A DNA stretch of 64,000 nucleotides from Paragordius varius (lineage: Eukaryota > Animalia > Nematomorpha), in the NCBI GenBank assembly GCA_964247055.1, contig OZ176051.1:5146001-5210000 (forward strand). The letters are read 5' to 3'. The translations under genes and the position numbers were made by a program. Shown in pieces: positions 11,968 to 26,900 of the stretch (position 1 is the stretch's first letter; each line of letters begins with the position of its first letter). A model generated the notes under the pieces. The model saw only the letters and a program-made list of their open reading frames with translations. It was not told the DNA's origin and searched no databases.

Positions 11968-14900
11968 TTAATTTTTCGCTATTTTTGGTCGCAGGGCGGC
12001 AACCGTAATAATCGGTGTTAAAGTTCGATTTTTTTCAGTTTCGTTAATTGAATTGTTGTTTTGTGGGGATGATACGTTTTTATCCATGGAGTTGTCTTGA
12101 TGTCTAAAAAAATAGTATAATTGAATAAATCATAAAAGAAAGTAAATATTAAAGTTAGTAAAAAAAGGCATATACCATATTTAAAAATGACAACCATATT
12201 TTTTAACGTTGATTTTTCTCTACGTAAACTACATAATCACATTTTATTAGATAAAATGTATGTGTTACGCCTAAAACGATATCAGGGTTAAAAAAGTATG
12301 ATTGTTTTTGAATAATATTAGCTTTTATATTACTTCGTTTTTGTGAATAATTTTAATTTTTACTGTGTTTAAAAGGTTTCATAAATCAATATAGACCGAT
12401 TTTGAATAAAACATTATTTTAAATAACTAAATAAATCAGAAAGCAGAGTAAGGAGTTAAAAATGTAGCAGTTTTGAATCATATTTATATCAGTATAATGT
12501 TTTTCTAAAAAGTTAATGATGGATTTTTATTATTCCGATTTCTAAAAAATTATTTCTCGTAATTTTATCATGGAAAATATAAAACTAAAAAATAGATCTT
12601 AATGATCCAATTAATATTATCAAAATATCAAAATCAAACCTTTCTGATAAATTTATTGACCCTGCAAGACATTTGACGCTAGCTTCTTCCATTTCCCTAA
12701 AGTTAACATAGAGTATAAATTATAAAATCAATACAGTTATCTATATTACACATATTACAGTATGCATTTTAATGGTTGCTCATTTAGAAACAATATTATT
12801 ATAAAATTATATATATATATAATATAACAGTAGAAGTTCTTAAATTTACATATATTTAAAAAACTAAGTATCTTAATTTTAAAATATATATATTTAGGCG
12901 CAAAAACAAAAAAAAGAAGGAAAAAAAACTAGTTTAGATGGTTAAAAAAGTATATCATTTTTATAATTTAGCGTATACGCAACTACAACCTATTATAAGC
13001 AATTGAACCGGCCATAGCTTTTGTACTCCCAGTTCCATCATCCGTTATAGCGGTTTGGAATGAGGAACCATGTCCCCCACTCTTAAAACTAAATTTATCA
13101 TCTTCGGTGGCTAAGCGAAAAGGGGGAGATTCATTTCTTTCACCGATATTATCATTATTATTATTATTGTTGTTAATGTTTGGATGTAATAAAGAATTAT
13201 TACAGTTTATTTTAATGGCATTTAATGAGTCCTGCTCAGTATCAGTTTTTGGAAATAAATGGTCATCAACACTAAACATTAATACATTTGGTAAAAAGTA
13301 GTTTTTAAAAAATTTTATATACACATACTTATATGTTAAAACTGTGCCATAAAAGTTTATAAATATCATAAATATATATCAAAACTTATTCATACATTTC
13401 ATATAACACACATAATTTATTTTAAAACGTAGTTGCCAAATCGTTCGTTTTAATCAAGAAAAAAAATGTAAAACGGTAAGTAAAAATAAATGTGCATATT
13501 AATTACCCTATTTGTCCAAATTTATTAAAAGAGTCTATAATGCAATGACCATTAATGTTTATTTGACTACCAGCGTCATTAATTATATGATTTATTCCAC
13601 TATTATTATTATTGTGTAAATTTAATTGGTTATCATATGTGGTAATATGAGAGATTCTGTCGTCACAAGATAAATTATTAAAATCAAGATTTGATTTAAC
13701 AGCTGTTGTTTTCAATATATTTTGCTTGTCCAAACATGTGTAATGAGATGTGATTGATGGATTATTATTGAGATTTAAACTGTTTAAATAAAATTTTATC
13801 AAATTTTCGTAAACCAGTAAAAAAACTGACCGCTTATGAATTCAGTTACAATAACCACAATATAATCTCTTAACTACACCAAACAAAAAAGTACCGCTTA
13901 ACTTAGTTTTAACAGTTTCGACAATTTTTAATAAAAATCATTATAACCCTTAATAAATAGCATGAAAACAGTAATATAATGAAATCGAATAGAAATCTAT
14001 GGCAAAAGGATAATAATATATAATAACACTAGACAACAAATTTTAACTTTTTTTAACTGCCATTCGTGTAAATTTAAAATTTATTTCATTAAAGTACATA
14101 ATTAGTATATCTGAAAAGAAAATTAATCTAGCATGAAAGAATTTTTTTATATTAGAGTTTATCGATAATTTTTGGCCCCAATTTAACATTAAACTTGAAA
14201 TTTCGAAAATTAAAAGTTTTAGATATGAAGCCATGTATTTTATATCATTCGAAAGAGCGCAAAAAACTGCATCTTTTAAATGGTAGTAAGTCATTTAAAT
14301 CAATCGGATGTAAAAGTTATTTGGATTTAAATGGTCAAAATTTTCAATCCTTAAATAAGTCAAGAATTTTCACAGACTAACTAATTTGAAATTCATATAA
14401 ATTATTTTAATATAATTATTAGGGTTAGTATTTAATTTAAAATAAATGTTAGAAAAAGCTTTTGGTTTGCCTTTTTAATAAAAACATAAATATTTTACCT
14501 AGTGGATACTAAAATGCATAGTTATAACTGTAAATTTATTACATAATGGCTATAAAAGATCAAAAATACCTTAAACTTTGTTTTGATCTTTAAAATTTCG
14601 AAATTATCAGCCTCGTAAAGAAAATAAATTAATATTGATGAGACGGTAATTTTAAAAAAACAAAAAATGTAAAAATGGCTGTTTTGAGTGACATAAAAGC
14701 AATAAAAAATGTTTTAATCAAAAAAAATTTCTTGTGTTATCTTTTTTGGACATTCATCACCATCTAGACAAAGTTTGAGCTATTTTCATCCATTAGTTTT
14801 AAAAATATATTAATTAAAAAAAATGCTCTCGCTTCGCGCGTTTGTCGCTCTCTGTGTCCAATATTAACTGTCGATGTAATACATATTAGTATGTATTTTA

Positions 14901-17900
14901 TAGAGTTTTTATTACTCTTTCGAATCATACATTACAAATGGGCATTACTTGTATATTTTCAAAGAAAAACATTTTTTAGTAAAATTTTGATAAAGAGGGC
15001 GCATAATCAAAAAAATCAAATTATACAAAATTCTTCCATCGGGTTAAAATTTTTATTTCAGATTTACTGTTAGAATGATACCAAATATCGGAAAATGCAA
15101 AAAACTCGAGTGGCAGAAAAATTTGTTGTCCAGTGTAATAGGCTCAATTTTTTAAATGATATAAAAAACTTCTTGTTACACGGGTCCATACAAATTTTTT
15201 AAAAGATTAAAATTAATACAGAATAATGGTATAGCATTTATAACCGTATTTCAAACAACATATTCCAAAAAAGAAAATTTTAAATACGATTATAACAATA
15301 GGTAAATCAATACAAATAAATAATTTATATTATATCATGACAAACAAAATATACTTATTAGCATCAAGCGAATGGAAAGAAAATCTATCACTAAGAGTTT
15401 GAGAAGAAACGTTTAAACGTGAATTGATAGGCGTTTCGCCATGATGGTTTATAATCTAAATAAGAAAATTAGTAAACAGTATATAATTTAATAGTTTAAA
15501 TCCTAAACTAAAACATTAAAAAATAAAAATTAACAAACATACATCACAGAAAAGGATTTGATCAAATTTCAAAGATTGTTCATTTTCTTGTTCCGCCAGT
15601 GGAGCTGAGTGTGGAATGTGCAAATGAGATTGTTGTTTTAAGCCATGATCTGTATCTATGCCATTTGCAATATGGGCTGTTTTTGTTACAAAATATGTTT
15701 AAATACTAATCATGGCACTATCTAAAAAACATTTTTTCCCCTTAAAAAGGCATTTAATTAGTTAACGCCTAAAACTAATTATCTCAACCATAAATTTTTC
15801 AGATTATATATAGGTCAATTAATTTTATATTAAAAATTGAAATCTTATAAAAATATCTGAAAATGTACAGCATGAGCTTATTAGTTTATATAAGTAAGCC
15901 ACATTAAGGGTATTCTTTAGGGATGTGAGTACGAGAACGATAGAGACATTTATGGAAATTTATTCTCAAAACCTGTAAAAAAATTTATTATTTAAAATAT
16001 TTTATGTAAATTATCTTACCACCATAACTATCACGGACCAAATCACAATTATTTGGTAAAGGAGAAGGAGTTATCGATTTCAGTATAACTTTCAAATCTT
16101 TTTGAAAATCTGGCTCATTATGACCATTATCATTGAGCGTAGGATATAAAAAGCTATTTGTTTGTAGGGATGATTGTTGATGTTTAACATCACCACTATT
16201 AGAATCAAGGGAAGAATTATTGTTGTTAAGAAAACTCAGGCCTGATGAATGATTATCACAGAAATAGCGAGTTTTCGTGGCCGCAATAAAGTTTTGTTGA
16301 TGTTGGTGAGAATGATTGAGTAACATGTTATCATCTGAATAACATGTTCCTATACTTACAATACTCGGTTCTTTACAACTTGCACAGGTAATGTTTATGG
16401 GTTTTGTCGTCGCCGGGAACAAGCTATTATCACCTTGCATGGTTTTCAGGTTATTATTGTTACTGTAAATATCCGATTCATTTGTATCATTGAGTGTCTG
16501 TTTATGTGCTTTTTTCTTATAATGTTCACTGTATGGTACACTATATTAAAATTGTTTATCATTAGTGTGTGATTATAAAAACAAATTTTTGTATGGTAGT
16601 ATAGGGTAACTTAGTATCATATTTTGAAATTTTTTTAAATAAAACAAAGGGAAAAAATCAAATTAAATATCACAAATAAAATTAACATATTGTTTACGCT
16701 AAAGTGTTATTGTATTACTATTGCTATTATAATTCAGCTAAAATTAAATGAATTTATTGAGGGAATTATAATTTCAAGAATAAAAAATTAACATATTAGA
16801 AAATTATTACATATTTATTATTATATGGTTTTTATTAATTTTATGGGTAGTTTTGCAATATGCCCATAAATGGGATGCTTTTGAAAATGAATTTAGAGTA
16901 GCTAGGAATTATTATTTTTTAGCTTTGTAATTTATATTCAAAATAATTCACAATAAACAACGTTAAATATATAATCACATAATAACAAAATCGTCTGTTT
17001 TAAAAGATGTTTGTTTATACATGAAATAAATTAAAAATATATTTACATTTATATAGTTATCCTACATTTTGATTAATTATGAAATCGTCAGCTTTAATCT
17101 TTTTTTAAATCGATTAAATATGATGATCAAAACAACTTGTTTTTTGGTCATTTAATTTCGGCTTTCTCAAAAAAAAATTCAATATTTATCCAATCCAGAA
17201 ATATTGCAGCACAGATGATAATAGCTCAAAAACGGAATATTTTATTTACTCATTAATCATAAGTATCTTTTTTTAATCATACAAAAAACGAACGTTTGTG
17301 AAAAAAATTAATAATATTATAAATTATTGTGGCAGGGTATGACAATTTTTGTGCACGGTGTTATATTAATGAATAGAACACATACTTTTTAACAAGTGGT
17401 TTACAACAAATATATGTAATAATTCAATTTAAGAGGCTACTCATGATATATATATATATATATATATTCAAATTCTATAAAATATTTTTTATGACATTAT
17501 TACAAGTTTTGCCAAAAACCTTATTAAAATCTGACTAACGATTGGGTATATCCGTTATCGGGATCGCAATTATATTAAAAAAAGTCGAAATATTTAGCTG
17601 CGAAAGATTATTAGCTGATAGAGCTAAATGGAAAAATTGAGTGGACAAGCTATGATTTTATTATATCGATAAATGGTTTAATATACTTGGATAAATGATT
17701 TGCTTTATTGCCAATATTTTGAGCTTGAAGTTGATCTTTAAATGCATTTATGGTATCCCCTTTAAAAAATAAAAAATATAAAGTGAATATCATGAAAAAA
17801 CAATATTGAGAGACAAGTTAAGTGAATAAAAAATCATACCGCTCTGTGTTCTTTCGTTATTAGGCAAAGGATGTGAAGGATGTTTTAGGAGCCTAAATTA

Positions 17901-20900
17901 TAGATTACGAGAACCATTTATAAAATACACTAGCTTTTACTATATAATTATTATTATGATTTAAAAAAAATAAAAATATTATATACATACTTTCGTTGTG
18001 AGGATGATACATTTCCATTTCTTGACCTACTTGTGGCAAGCAGAGATCTTAAGTTAGAACCAACATTTGGAATATTTAGCAACCTATCAAGGGAAATGGG
18101 TTTTTTTGCACTTTGAGTAGAAAATTTCTCATTCTTTTCAGAGCGTATCAGTAATGTATTATTGGCAGCCAATGGAGGAGTTTTATTGCAAGCAACAGAT
18201 TTATAATTTTTCCCAGCCTCATGTTTGTGAGGAGGCACATCATTCAAATAATGTCCTCCAGTTAATGTTGTGTAATGTGAATTTATAATACGATTACACC
18301 ATGCATTAAATCGATCGTTCCACGGCACGGCTTGTATGGGTCGAGTAGATACTTTACGGCGATATGTTAGATTTATTTTTTTCTCTGGTTTAATTTTTAA
18401 TGATGTATCAAACGTATCTATTGTTGATGTTTGGTTTATGGCAGTAAATGGAATACATTCTTTACTAAGAGTTTTTGTAGTACATCTCCCATATGGGTTG
18501 GGATCAATGATGGGATCATCAGTCTCATCATTACTAGTACTACTTGGAGATACACTGTGGTTTCGCTGTTGAATATTCTTATTATTTTGATAAGGATGAA
18601 TGTTTTCATGAGTCATTAAATAAGACGTTCCAGGTTTATCTACTTGTGGTAGTTCAATTTCGATTCCGTCATTCTCATCATCCGTTTGTTCAATGAATGA
18701 TTTATTGAGGATATTATCATCGATTGAAATTTCTTCTTCTGAAGCTAAAGTGCTCTCTGATATTTTACCATTTTTTTCAAGCTTCTTTGTTGGACATTGA
18801 TGATCGAAATTGTTTGGTTTTTTAATGTGCATTACTTTGTGAGAAACTAAACACACGGATGTGGTAGGTACATTAATGGCAGTTTTATCAGTGGTGGTGT
18901 TGTTACTGGTTATTTCATTAGCTGATTTTTGAAAAATTGTAATGACTTTGTTCGTTTTAACAATACTTTTAGATTTGCCTTGAGCCATTAAGGTGGATTT
19001 TATGGCTTTAAGGTCCTTTTTTGACGTACCTCTCATAATAATAACCGTTGGACTAAATATCATAAGTATAAGCATTTAGATAAAAAATGTATTAATTTTA
19101 TAACACTCAAAATTAAAATATGGCAAATATTTTCTTCTATAGACATAAAGGGTCATAGAAAAACTTTAGTTTGAAATATATCCAAAATAAAATAAAAAAT
19201 GTATTACCCCTCTAAAAATGATTGTTCAATAAGGAGAGATTGATTTTTCTTATGTTTTCTACGCTGTTGTATCAGGGCTTCTCTATTTAGCTTTGCGGAT
19301 ACACAATCACTTTGATGATATATAATTATTTTTCCCGTCGAAGATTTTTTATTCACAGTTTTGGGAATAATTTCTGAGCTATTTCTTTCTTTTGAGGGGA
19401 TATTGTCGTCAGTTTTTGCATGTATATCCTTATTTGAATTATTGCTATGGTTACTAGTATTTTCATAAAGGATAAAACATTTCTTACTGTTGTTGCCACC
19501 ATTATTGGTAAAATTATTAATTCGAACAATTTTAGATTTATTTGATATAGCTTTTTGACTATTATTGTCCGAAGGTGATAACTTTTGTTCAATCTTAATT
19601 TTATGTGTGGCATTTTTGTTTTCATCATCAATTTCTTCTAAAGAATCTTTCTTAGAATTAACGGAAAATTTCCACCAATTACTCATTAATAATTTGTTTT
19701 TAAATGAGTTTTTTGTACTATCATTGTCTTTAGTTTTTGATTCCAAAATTGAATGAGTAAATGATGTTTCACCGGTAGCTAATGTATATAGACATCAAAT
19801 TAAAAAAAACTGAACATTTCATTATTACATTAAACAAAATTAACATTTGTTAAAAATGGAGTAAGTAATATGAAATCAAAAACTAAACTAACTAAACTAT
19901 TAATAAACTATTTTTAAGGCATCCAACCAAAAAGTTTCAATAAACGAATTCAAACTTAATAATACACATATTTTTAATTGTCAAATTTTATACCAAAATA
20001 AACAGAAAATTAACTAAATATGAATTGTCATAAGAGCGGGTAAAATTTAACCAAATACCTAATCGTGTGTATTTCTTAGTAGCACAATCAGTAGCATAAA
20101 ATTTAACGGTATTTCCGCGACAGGAAACAAAGGGTGTAGGCGGTCTAACAAGCTCTTCACATTTTTCTGATTCCTCTCTGTCCGACCTTAAAATTATTCC
20201 AAAAAAATAAATTGATTAAAATTAATTTAATGGTGGTATTGTCTGATGATTAATTTAGGATAAATTTTCCTACAATATTTTATAAATTACGTCAATATAG
20301 AGTCAAACAAAATTTAATAATCTTTCAATTATTATATACAGTAAATTGTGGTTAAAAAATAGTTTTTTTCATATATGGCATAAATAAAAATTATGTTTTA
20401 AAATCTATAAATTTGATTTGAAAAATTTGAAGAAAAAACAAAACAAATTATATTTTCTTACATTTATATATCCTTTATTTTCACTATACGTCGTGCTATT
20501 CAAATATTACGTTTTCAAACAATAATTTACTAGTTTTATCTAACTATTAAACACATACACACACCTACCCCTCAAGATTCATTGGATTTCTGTTTGTTGA
20601 ATAATGAAGTAAGCTAAAAGTTGATTTTGTTGTGCCTGCTTTTCTCCTATCTTTCTTTTTTCTGATAGGTAATATGGTTGTTGAATTCATCTGATGATGA
20701 TTATTTCGGCTTAGCGTTGTGACACTTTGAGTATTACTGCTGTTATTGTTAACTAAGATGTTATTTGCGTTTGTCCCATTATTGCTACTATTCCCACACA
20801 AACCATTGCGACAAAGGGAGAAGGGAACCACACCATAAACGTAAGCAAGTAAAATTGGTACACCAATACCTATTAACAAACATAATATATTTTTTTGCAT

Positions 20901-23900
20901 TGAATAAATAATTCGTATATAATTAATTAAACAACATATTTCAATCTACCCTTGAACAATTCAAATTCACCCTCTAACAATTCAGATTCATCCTCGGACA
21001 ATTCGAATTCACCCTTAAACAATTCAAATTCTCCCTTGAGCAATTCAAATTCCCCCTCGAACAATTTAAACCGAAAAATAATTTAGGTTTCGAACTCATC
21101 ATATGTAATAAACCTTTATGGCATAATTTATTAGTTTTTCAGTATTATATTAATTTTAAACAATATTTCATTTTTTAAAAATATAAAAAAATAAATATAG
21201 GTAATTTTAAATGTTAAAAACACATAATTTATTTTAAGGGTGAATTTGAACTGTTAATGTTATATGTAGTAAGATTTCTTCCCATCCCGGATAATGTCCC
21301 TGATTGCAAAAACAATCCATAGCTCATTATCCATATTTATGATTCTTTTAAAACAAATTAATTTAGAAAATGTTTCTTTTCGATTAATATATAAATTATA
21401 AATATTCTTCTAAATTATATTTGACGATATATAAAAAATGATCAAATTTCGAGTTTTTTTTAAACTGATATAATAGCCCGAAAATGCCGGAAAACTAGAT
21501 ATTTTGAGTGAGGGTGCACGTTAACAATTATTGGGACTTTTTAAAAATTAAAAAAGTAATGTTGAATAGAATGAGTTAATTAGTTTAATTAAGATGTTTA
21601 AAAAAAGATAATTAAAAAAGGGAAGTATTGATTGTCTACTCCAAAGCTATGGTATTCGGGTTTATAATTATTTAAATTGTATAAAATAGTAGTTAAAAAT
21701 AACTTAAGACAACTTAAGAGTAATAAACATCTAAGCTTTTTGTATTTCCATAAATTTTACTTTTTAAACAAAAAAAAAGTTATATTTGACAATACTAAAG
21801 AATGATATAAAAATAATGACAAAGTAGATATTTCTATAACTTACTGACTGTTAGACAAGCAATGATTGGAGCAAGGATAACAGACGTCAATACACCAATG
21901 AATATGAGGGAATTACGATTTATTGTGCGAATTTTTTTGTATTTAGTAAATATCTAAGGTAAAAAAATAAATTATTCTAGAATATTATATAAATTTACGT
22001 TTGTCAACCCTTACTGAAACATATTTGAATTTGGATGCATAAATAGTAATGATATGTCAAAATGGGTTGTTCATAATTAAAAACGCATATCTAATTTAAA
22101 ATATGGGCGAAATTTGTTAATTAAAACCATTTTTTTCCCTTTCTTACCATATCACTTCTGTAAATATAATAAAAAAACAGTTCAAATTCACCCTTGAACA
22201 ATTCAAATTAACCTTCGAACAATTCAAATTCACCCTTGAACAATTCAAATTTGAAATGTTTGAGGGTGAATATGAATTGTTCAAGGGTAAATTTGAATTG
22301 TTAAGGGTAAATTTGAATTGTTAAGGGTAAATTTAAATTGTTTAAGGGTGAATTTGAACTGTAAATGGCATATAATAAAAAAAATTATTTGTCTTAGGCC
22401 TAAAAAAACAGTTTTACCTTACGTCCTACAAAAACCGGAACACCTATGATAATGGCAGGGATAGCAATACTAGCTATGAGAGCAATACCCATTGGAGCCC
22501 CGACTAGAGTTCCAAGTTGCCAAAGAATTTTTTTCTTTCGACTCCATGGTTTTTTGCCCCAAAACGTACATCCTGAAGGACTAAAACATGTAAATTTAAA
22601 TTTTTAATTTTTTTCAAATTAATAAAGGAGATCATTCAAATGGGGAATAATTATGTTTTTTAATAATAAATTTTAATTCTTTATATACGAACGAGCTATT
22701 ACAATTAGGGTTGTGCATTTGACTGCTTTTTCAAAAAAGTCGGTCAGACCCGGTCAGACCATGGTCATGACCACGGTCATGATCACTTTACCTAAGTAAA
22801 TACCATGCCATATTGGATTGTAAAAATAATGTTCGAACGACACTTGTCTTTCACTAATAATGTCATGGTTTTTCTTAAAAGTTTATATTATACATTTTTA
22901 TATTTCAATATTTTCAAACAAATTTAATCAAGAATTTTGTTTTTAAAATGCCACATCTAAATCTTCAAATTTATAGCTTTTAATACTTTATATTTAAAAT
23001 AAAATTTTACCTAGTTTGTTTTATACTTTTCATCATTGAAATATTCAATTATAAAATGTTTTTACATTTTATTGGTTCATATATATAGAATAATAACATA
23101 TTTGCAAAATGCCTGATGTTTTAAAATAACTGGATATGCTAATTGCTAAAATTATAAGGATGCATGTTTGACAATTTTATATTGTTAAATAGCATATTAA
23201 AATATTTTTATATTTTTTAAAAAGTATATTAAAAAGCAATAAAATCTTACTATTCTCTTCCAAAAAAAATTACCTGAAATTTTTAAAAAAACAGCTTTTT
23301 TTTAAAAATGACCATGGTCAAAAAATAAATAGTCATGACTTGGTCAGCAAAACCCTAATTACAATACAAATATTATATTCGGTTATAGTTAAATTATACG
23401 ACAAAAAGATAAATTGCGCCAAAAAGTACAGACTAAAGAACTCATATATGTATAGGCACGAAAGGATGTATATTTGTTATTATATATTTTTCAACTGATA
23501 ATACATGACAATAATTTCACTTTTATCCAAAGTATATACTTTTTCGGTTAATTTGAGTCTAGTTAAAAAATCATTATGTTTCCTCAAATTTTACCTTTAA
23601 ATATAATAAAGATGTTAATATACTAAAATCAAGGCTTTAAATATGGTTTGCTTAAAAAATCATCAATTCAATATATTCAATTTTTACTGTACTTTTTTAG
23701 ATAAAATGGTTAACTCCTTTCTCAAATTTTACCTGAGATAATGGAGATCCGATATTTCTTTCATACAAAGCCAACAAAACTCAGAACCACAAACTGAGCA
23801 AGTCATATGATTACAGGAACCATCATCCATTTTCATAATGTAGGCTTGGCATCTTGGGCACATTTTTATGTTGGAATCGGAAGTGCCTTATATAGTAAAA

Positions 23901-26900
23901 AATACTATAAATTAAATTTCTTCTAAAACATAATATTATTTAAGATTTCTTAAATTATTGAATAATTAAAAGAATGTCCAAAAATTAAGTATATCGAAAT
24001 AATGTGTATTAAAAACTTAAGATACCATAGTAAAATAATGCACTTAAAATCTAAATGATCCTATATTCAAATGGTAAATAACACATTTTCAATAATTACA
24101 ATTATTAAATAAAATTTAATGATAAAACTTGCGGGAAAAATTAATTAAAAATGCTAATGTTTAAAAAAATATTAAACTCATATTCATAGTCACATTCTAT
24201 AGTGCTTATAATGTCATTTAAATCTACATAAAGCCAAAAATATTTTTTGTAACTTAATAAAGCAAACAAACATGCACGTTTATATTTGCGCAGAAAGTTA
24301 TTACTGTCTTTTTTATTTTCCAAGGACTTAAACAATTGCGACACCATATCATGTGAAGGCTAAAAATAATTGCTTGCTTACTTACTTAACTTAATTTTTT
24401 GCAATTAAATTTATACAATGTTGCAAATATGTCACAATTTTGCTAATTATACAACGGTAGATTTAAGCATAATTTAGCAGAGTATAAAACGCGACCAACA
24501 AAAAAGTATTACAGTAAAAACATGTTATATTAGACCTTTAGTGGTTATTACTATACAAAAAATCACCATAATTTAATTCAATTTAAATCAACCGATAATG
24601 TTTGAATAAATACGGGTTATATTAAAACTTAGTAAACAATCCCAAAGAGATATTTTACGGGTTTATAGAAAAAAAATTCAAAAAAACCTGAGCCCATAAA
24701 ATCAGTTAATCCACCGTTAAGCATAAACGATTGATTTTGCGTCAGTGGTGTCGTAATAGATGATTTTGCCAATGGGACCATGTTAAAGATACTATTGACA
24801 GGAAAATTGCTATTTTTCGTAGCAAAAGTTGCGGGAGCATTTTTCCCAATAAAATTGGTATTGGAATTGGTAGAGATAATATTGGGATTGGCATTATTAT
24901 TGGTGCTGCTGTTATTGTTATTGTCATTAAAATTATTATACAAGTTTGATGGGTTATTAAACATTGAACTGGGATTATTTAACGTACCAGAAACCAAATT
25001 GGTCAAATACGTGTGATAAGATGTAGGACTCATAATAAAATCTGACGCTGTTTTCCCATTGAAAATGCGTGTAAAATTAATGTTTGCTCCTCCGCCATTA
25101 TTAGATCCATTCAAACCGTTATTCTTTTTGTCACTTTTGTGATTGCTATTATTGCTATGGTAAGTAAAAGTTTGAGATGTGGATGCCATATCAGACGATG
25201 GCTGTATAATTGAAGAAGTGGAAAAATTTGCAGGAAAAAACCAATCAAAACCACCAAAGGAAGTGGTACTACATGCATCATTGTTACTACATTGTTGCAA
25301 TTGTTGAAATCTAATAATGGGAAAATATTTATTTTCAATCAATTTTTTACGATAGTTATAAATTAAGCAATTCTAGAGTGAAATGATAAAAAAAAACATA
25401 ATAAAATGTGACTTTAACACAGTTTAATTTATAATCAATTGGTAGTATCATGGAAACTAATTGCCAAAATTATAAAATGATTCGTAAAATCAATTAAACT
25501 CGTCTAATAAAAAACATAATAAATGTGGCTTTAAAGCGGTTAAATTTATAATAAATTGTTAGTATCATGGGTAATAATTGCCAAAAATATAAAATCATTC
25601 GCAAATTATAAAATTATACCGAACATTCTTATTCCACAAAAGTTTATTCATAAAATTACTCTCAATGAGAAATACCGCTGCTTAAGTAAAATTATACCAT
25701 TTCCATAAAAACTCATAAATTAATTAATATTTTTCGCACTTTTATTGCTATTAAAAAAATCTTTAATAAATAAAAAACCTTAAAAATTAAATTTTTCAAA
25801 AAAGCATGAAGAAATGTTTTCCAAAAAAGATTTTTGAAAACTTACCTTAGTTGCTTTGCTGCATCGCAGGTTAGATTGGGATGCCAAACATTTTTACAAT
25901 GATAACAAAAGTAGGTATTACATCCTGGCCTTTCACACCTAATCATAGGACAACTGGCACATCCATGAGCAATTAGTGCAAATCTTTTCGTATAATTTTT
26001 TGTTGAATATAAATAATACGACAAAAAAATAGCTTTATTAAGTCGTATTAAAAGAACTTTTTATTTTATTATAAATTTTTTAAATCGATTATCAAGGTAA
26101 GAGAGAATATTAAATGAGAATTATGCACACTTTATTGTAAAACCCTAAATTCAACATAAAATATGGTTGATGGATCGAAAAATTGAATGTGCTACCTTTT
26201 AATAACATCAAATTATGATAAAAACTAAGAAATATATACGTTATAAATTAGAATTAAACAACAAGATATTACAGTAATAACAAATTTTTATAAAAATAAT
26301 GTAAAAATATAGCACCTTTAATTCATGTATAATAATAAATATAAATACCATAATAAAAAGCGTAGGCGTAATGTAAAAATAAAAATAAATTACTAAATAA
26401 TAATGTTTAAAATAAAATTAATATTATCATTATATAGATACCCGCAATCCGGAGCAGGACACCATCTTGCATCTGGCTCTGAAACCAAATAACGACGCAA
26501 AGAAAAAAGTTCAAACTTTGATAAAAGATTTCTACCGGAACTAAAATATATTTTTATAAAAATTTTACTCTAATTTTTCTTTTGAATCACTATTTTCTTT
26601 TGCCCCATTAAGGCAAATGTCAGAAATGTCAAACGGATCAATTTTGTGCGTACATTTGGGACAAGATAATATTATGCGACCCTCAGTGATTTCAATTTCA
26701 AAATACTGAAAAAGACAGGATCTACAAAATATATGATCGCAGTTTAGCAATGTTTTTAGGTAAGCAGAATTAGATTCAAATTTATTATAACAGAGCGGGC
26801 ATTCAGTTTGTATGAGAGGTTGGGCCAAATCTATATCACCAGACACCGTTTCCAACTAAATTTAAATATTATTGTACTTGTATTGTTTTAATATCTTTTG

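Noticed and set aside
15690-15972. TAA stop-codon reassignment as an explanation for in-frame TAAs
   Set aside because: Six of the seven complete genes end in TAA (LIPT1 in TGA), and the interruptions are bounded by GT-AG.
20947-22368. 21-nt repeats resembling a CRISPR array
   Set aside because: They are tandem without unique spacers, form inverted MITE ends, and lie in introns of a eukaryotic gene with no cas genes.
24141-24360. ORF 24141-24347 with a good acceptor as an extra RNF19 exon
   Set aside because: Its phase does not fit the likely donor at 24687, it has no homology, and direct splicing to the RING2 exon is in frame.
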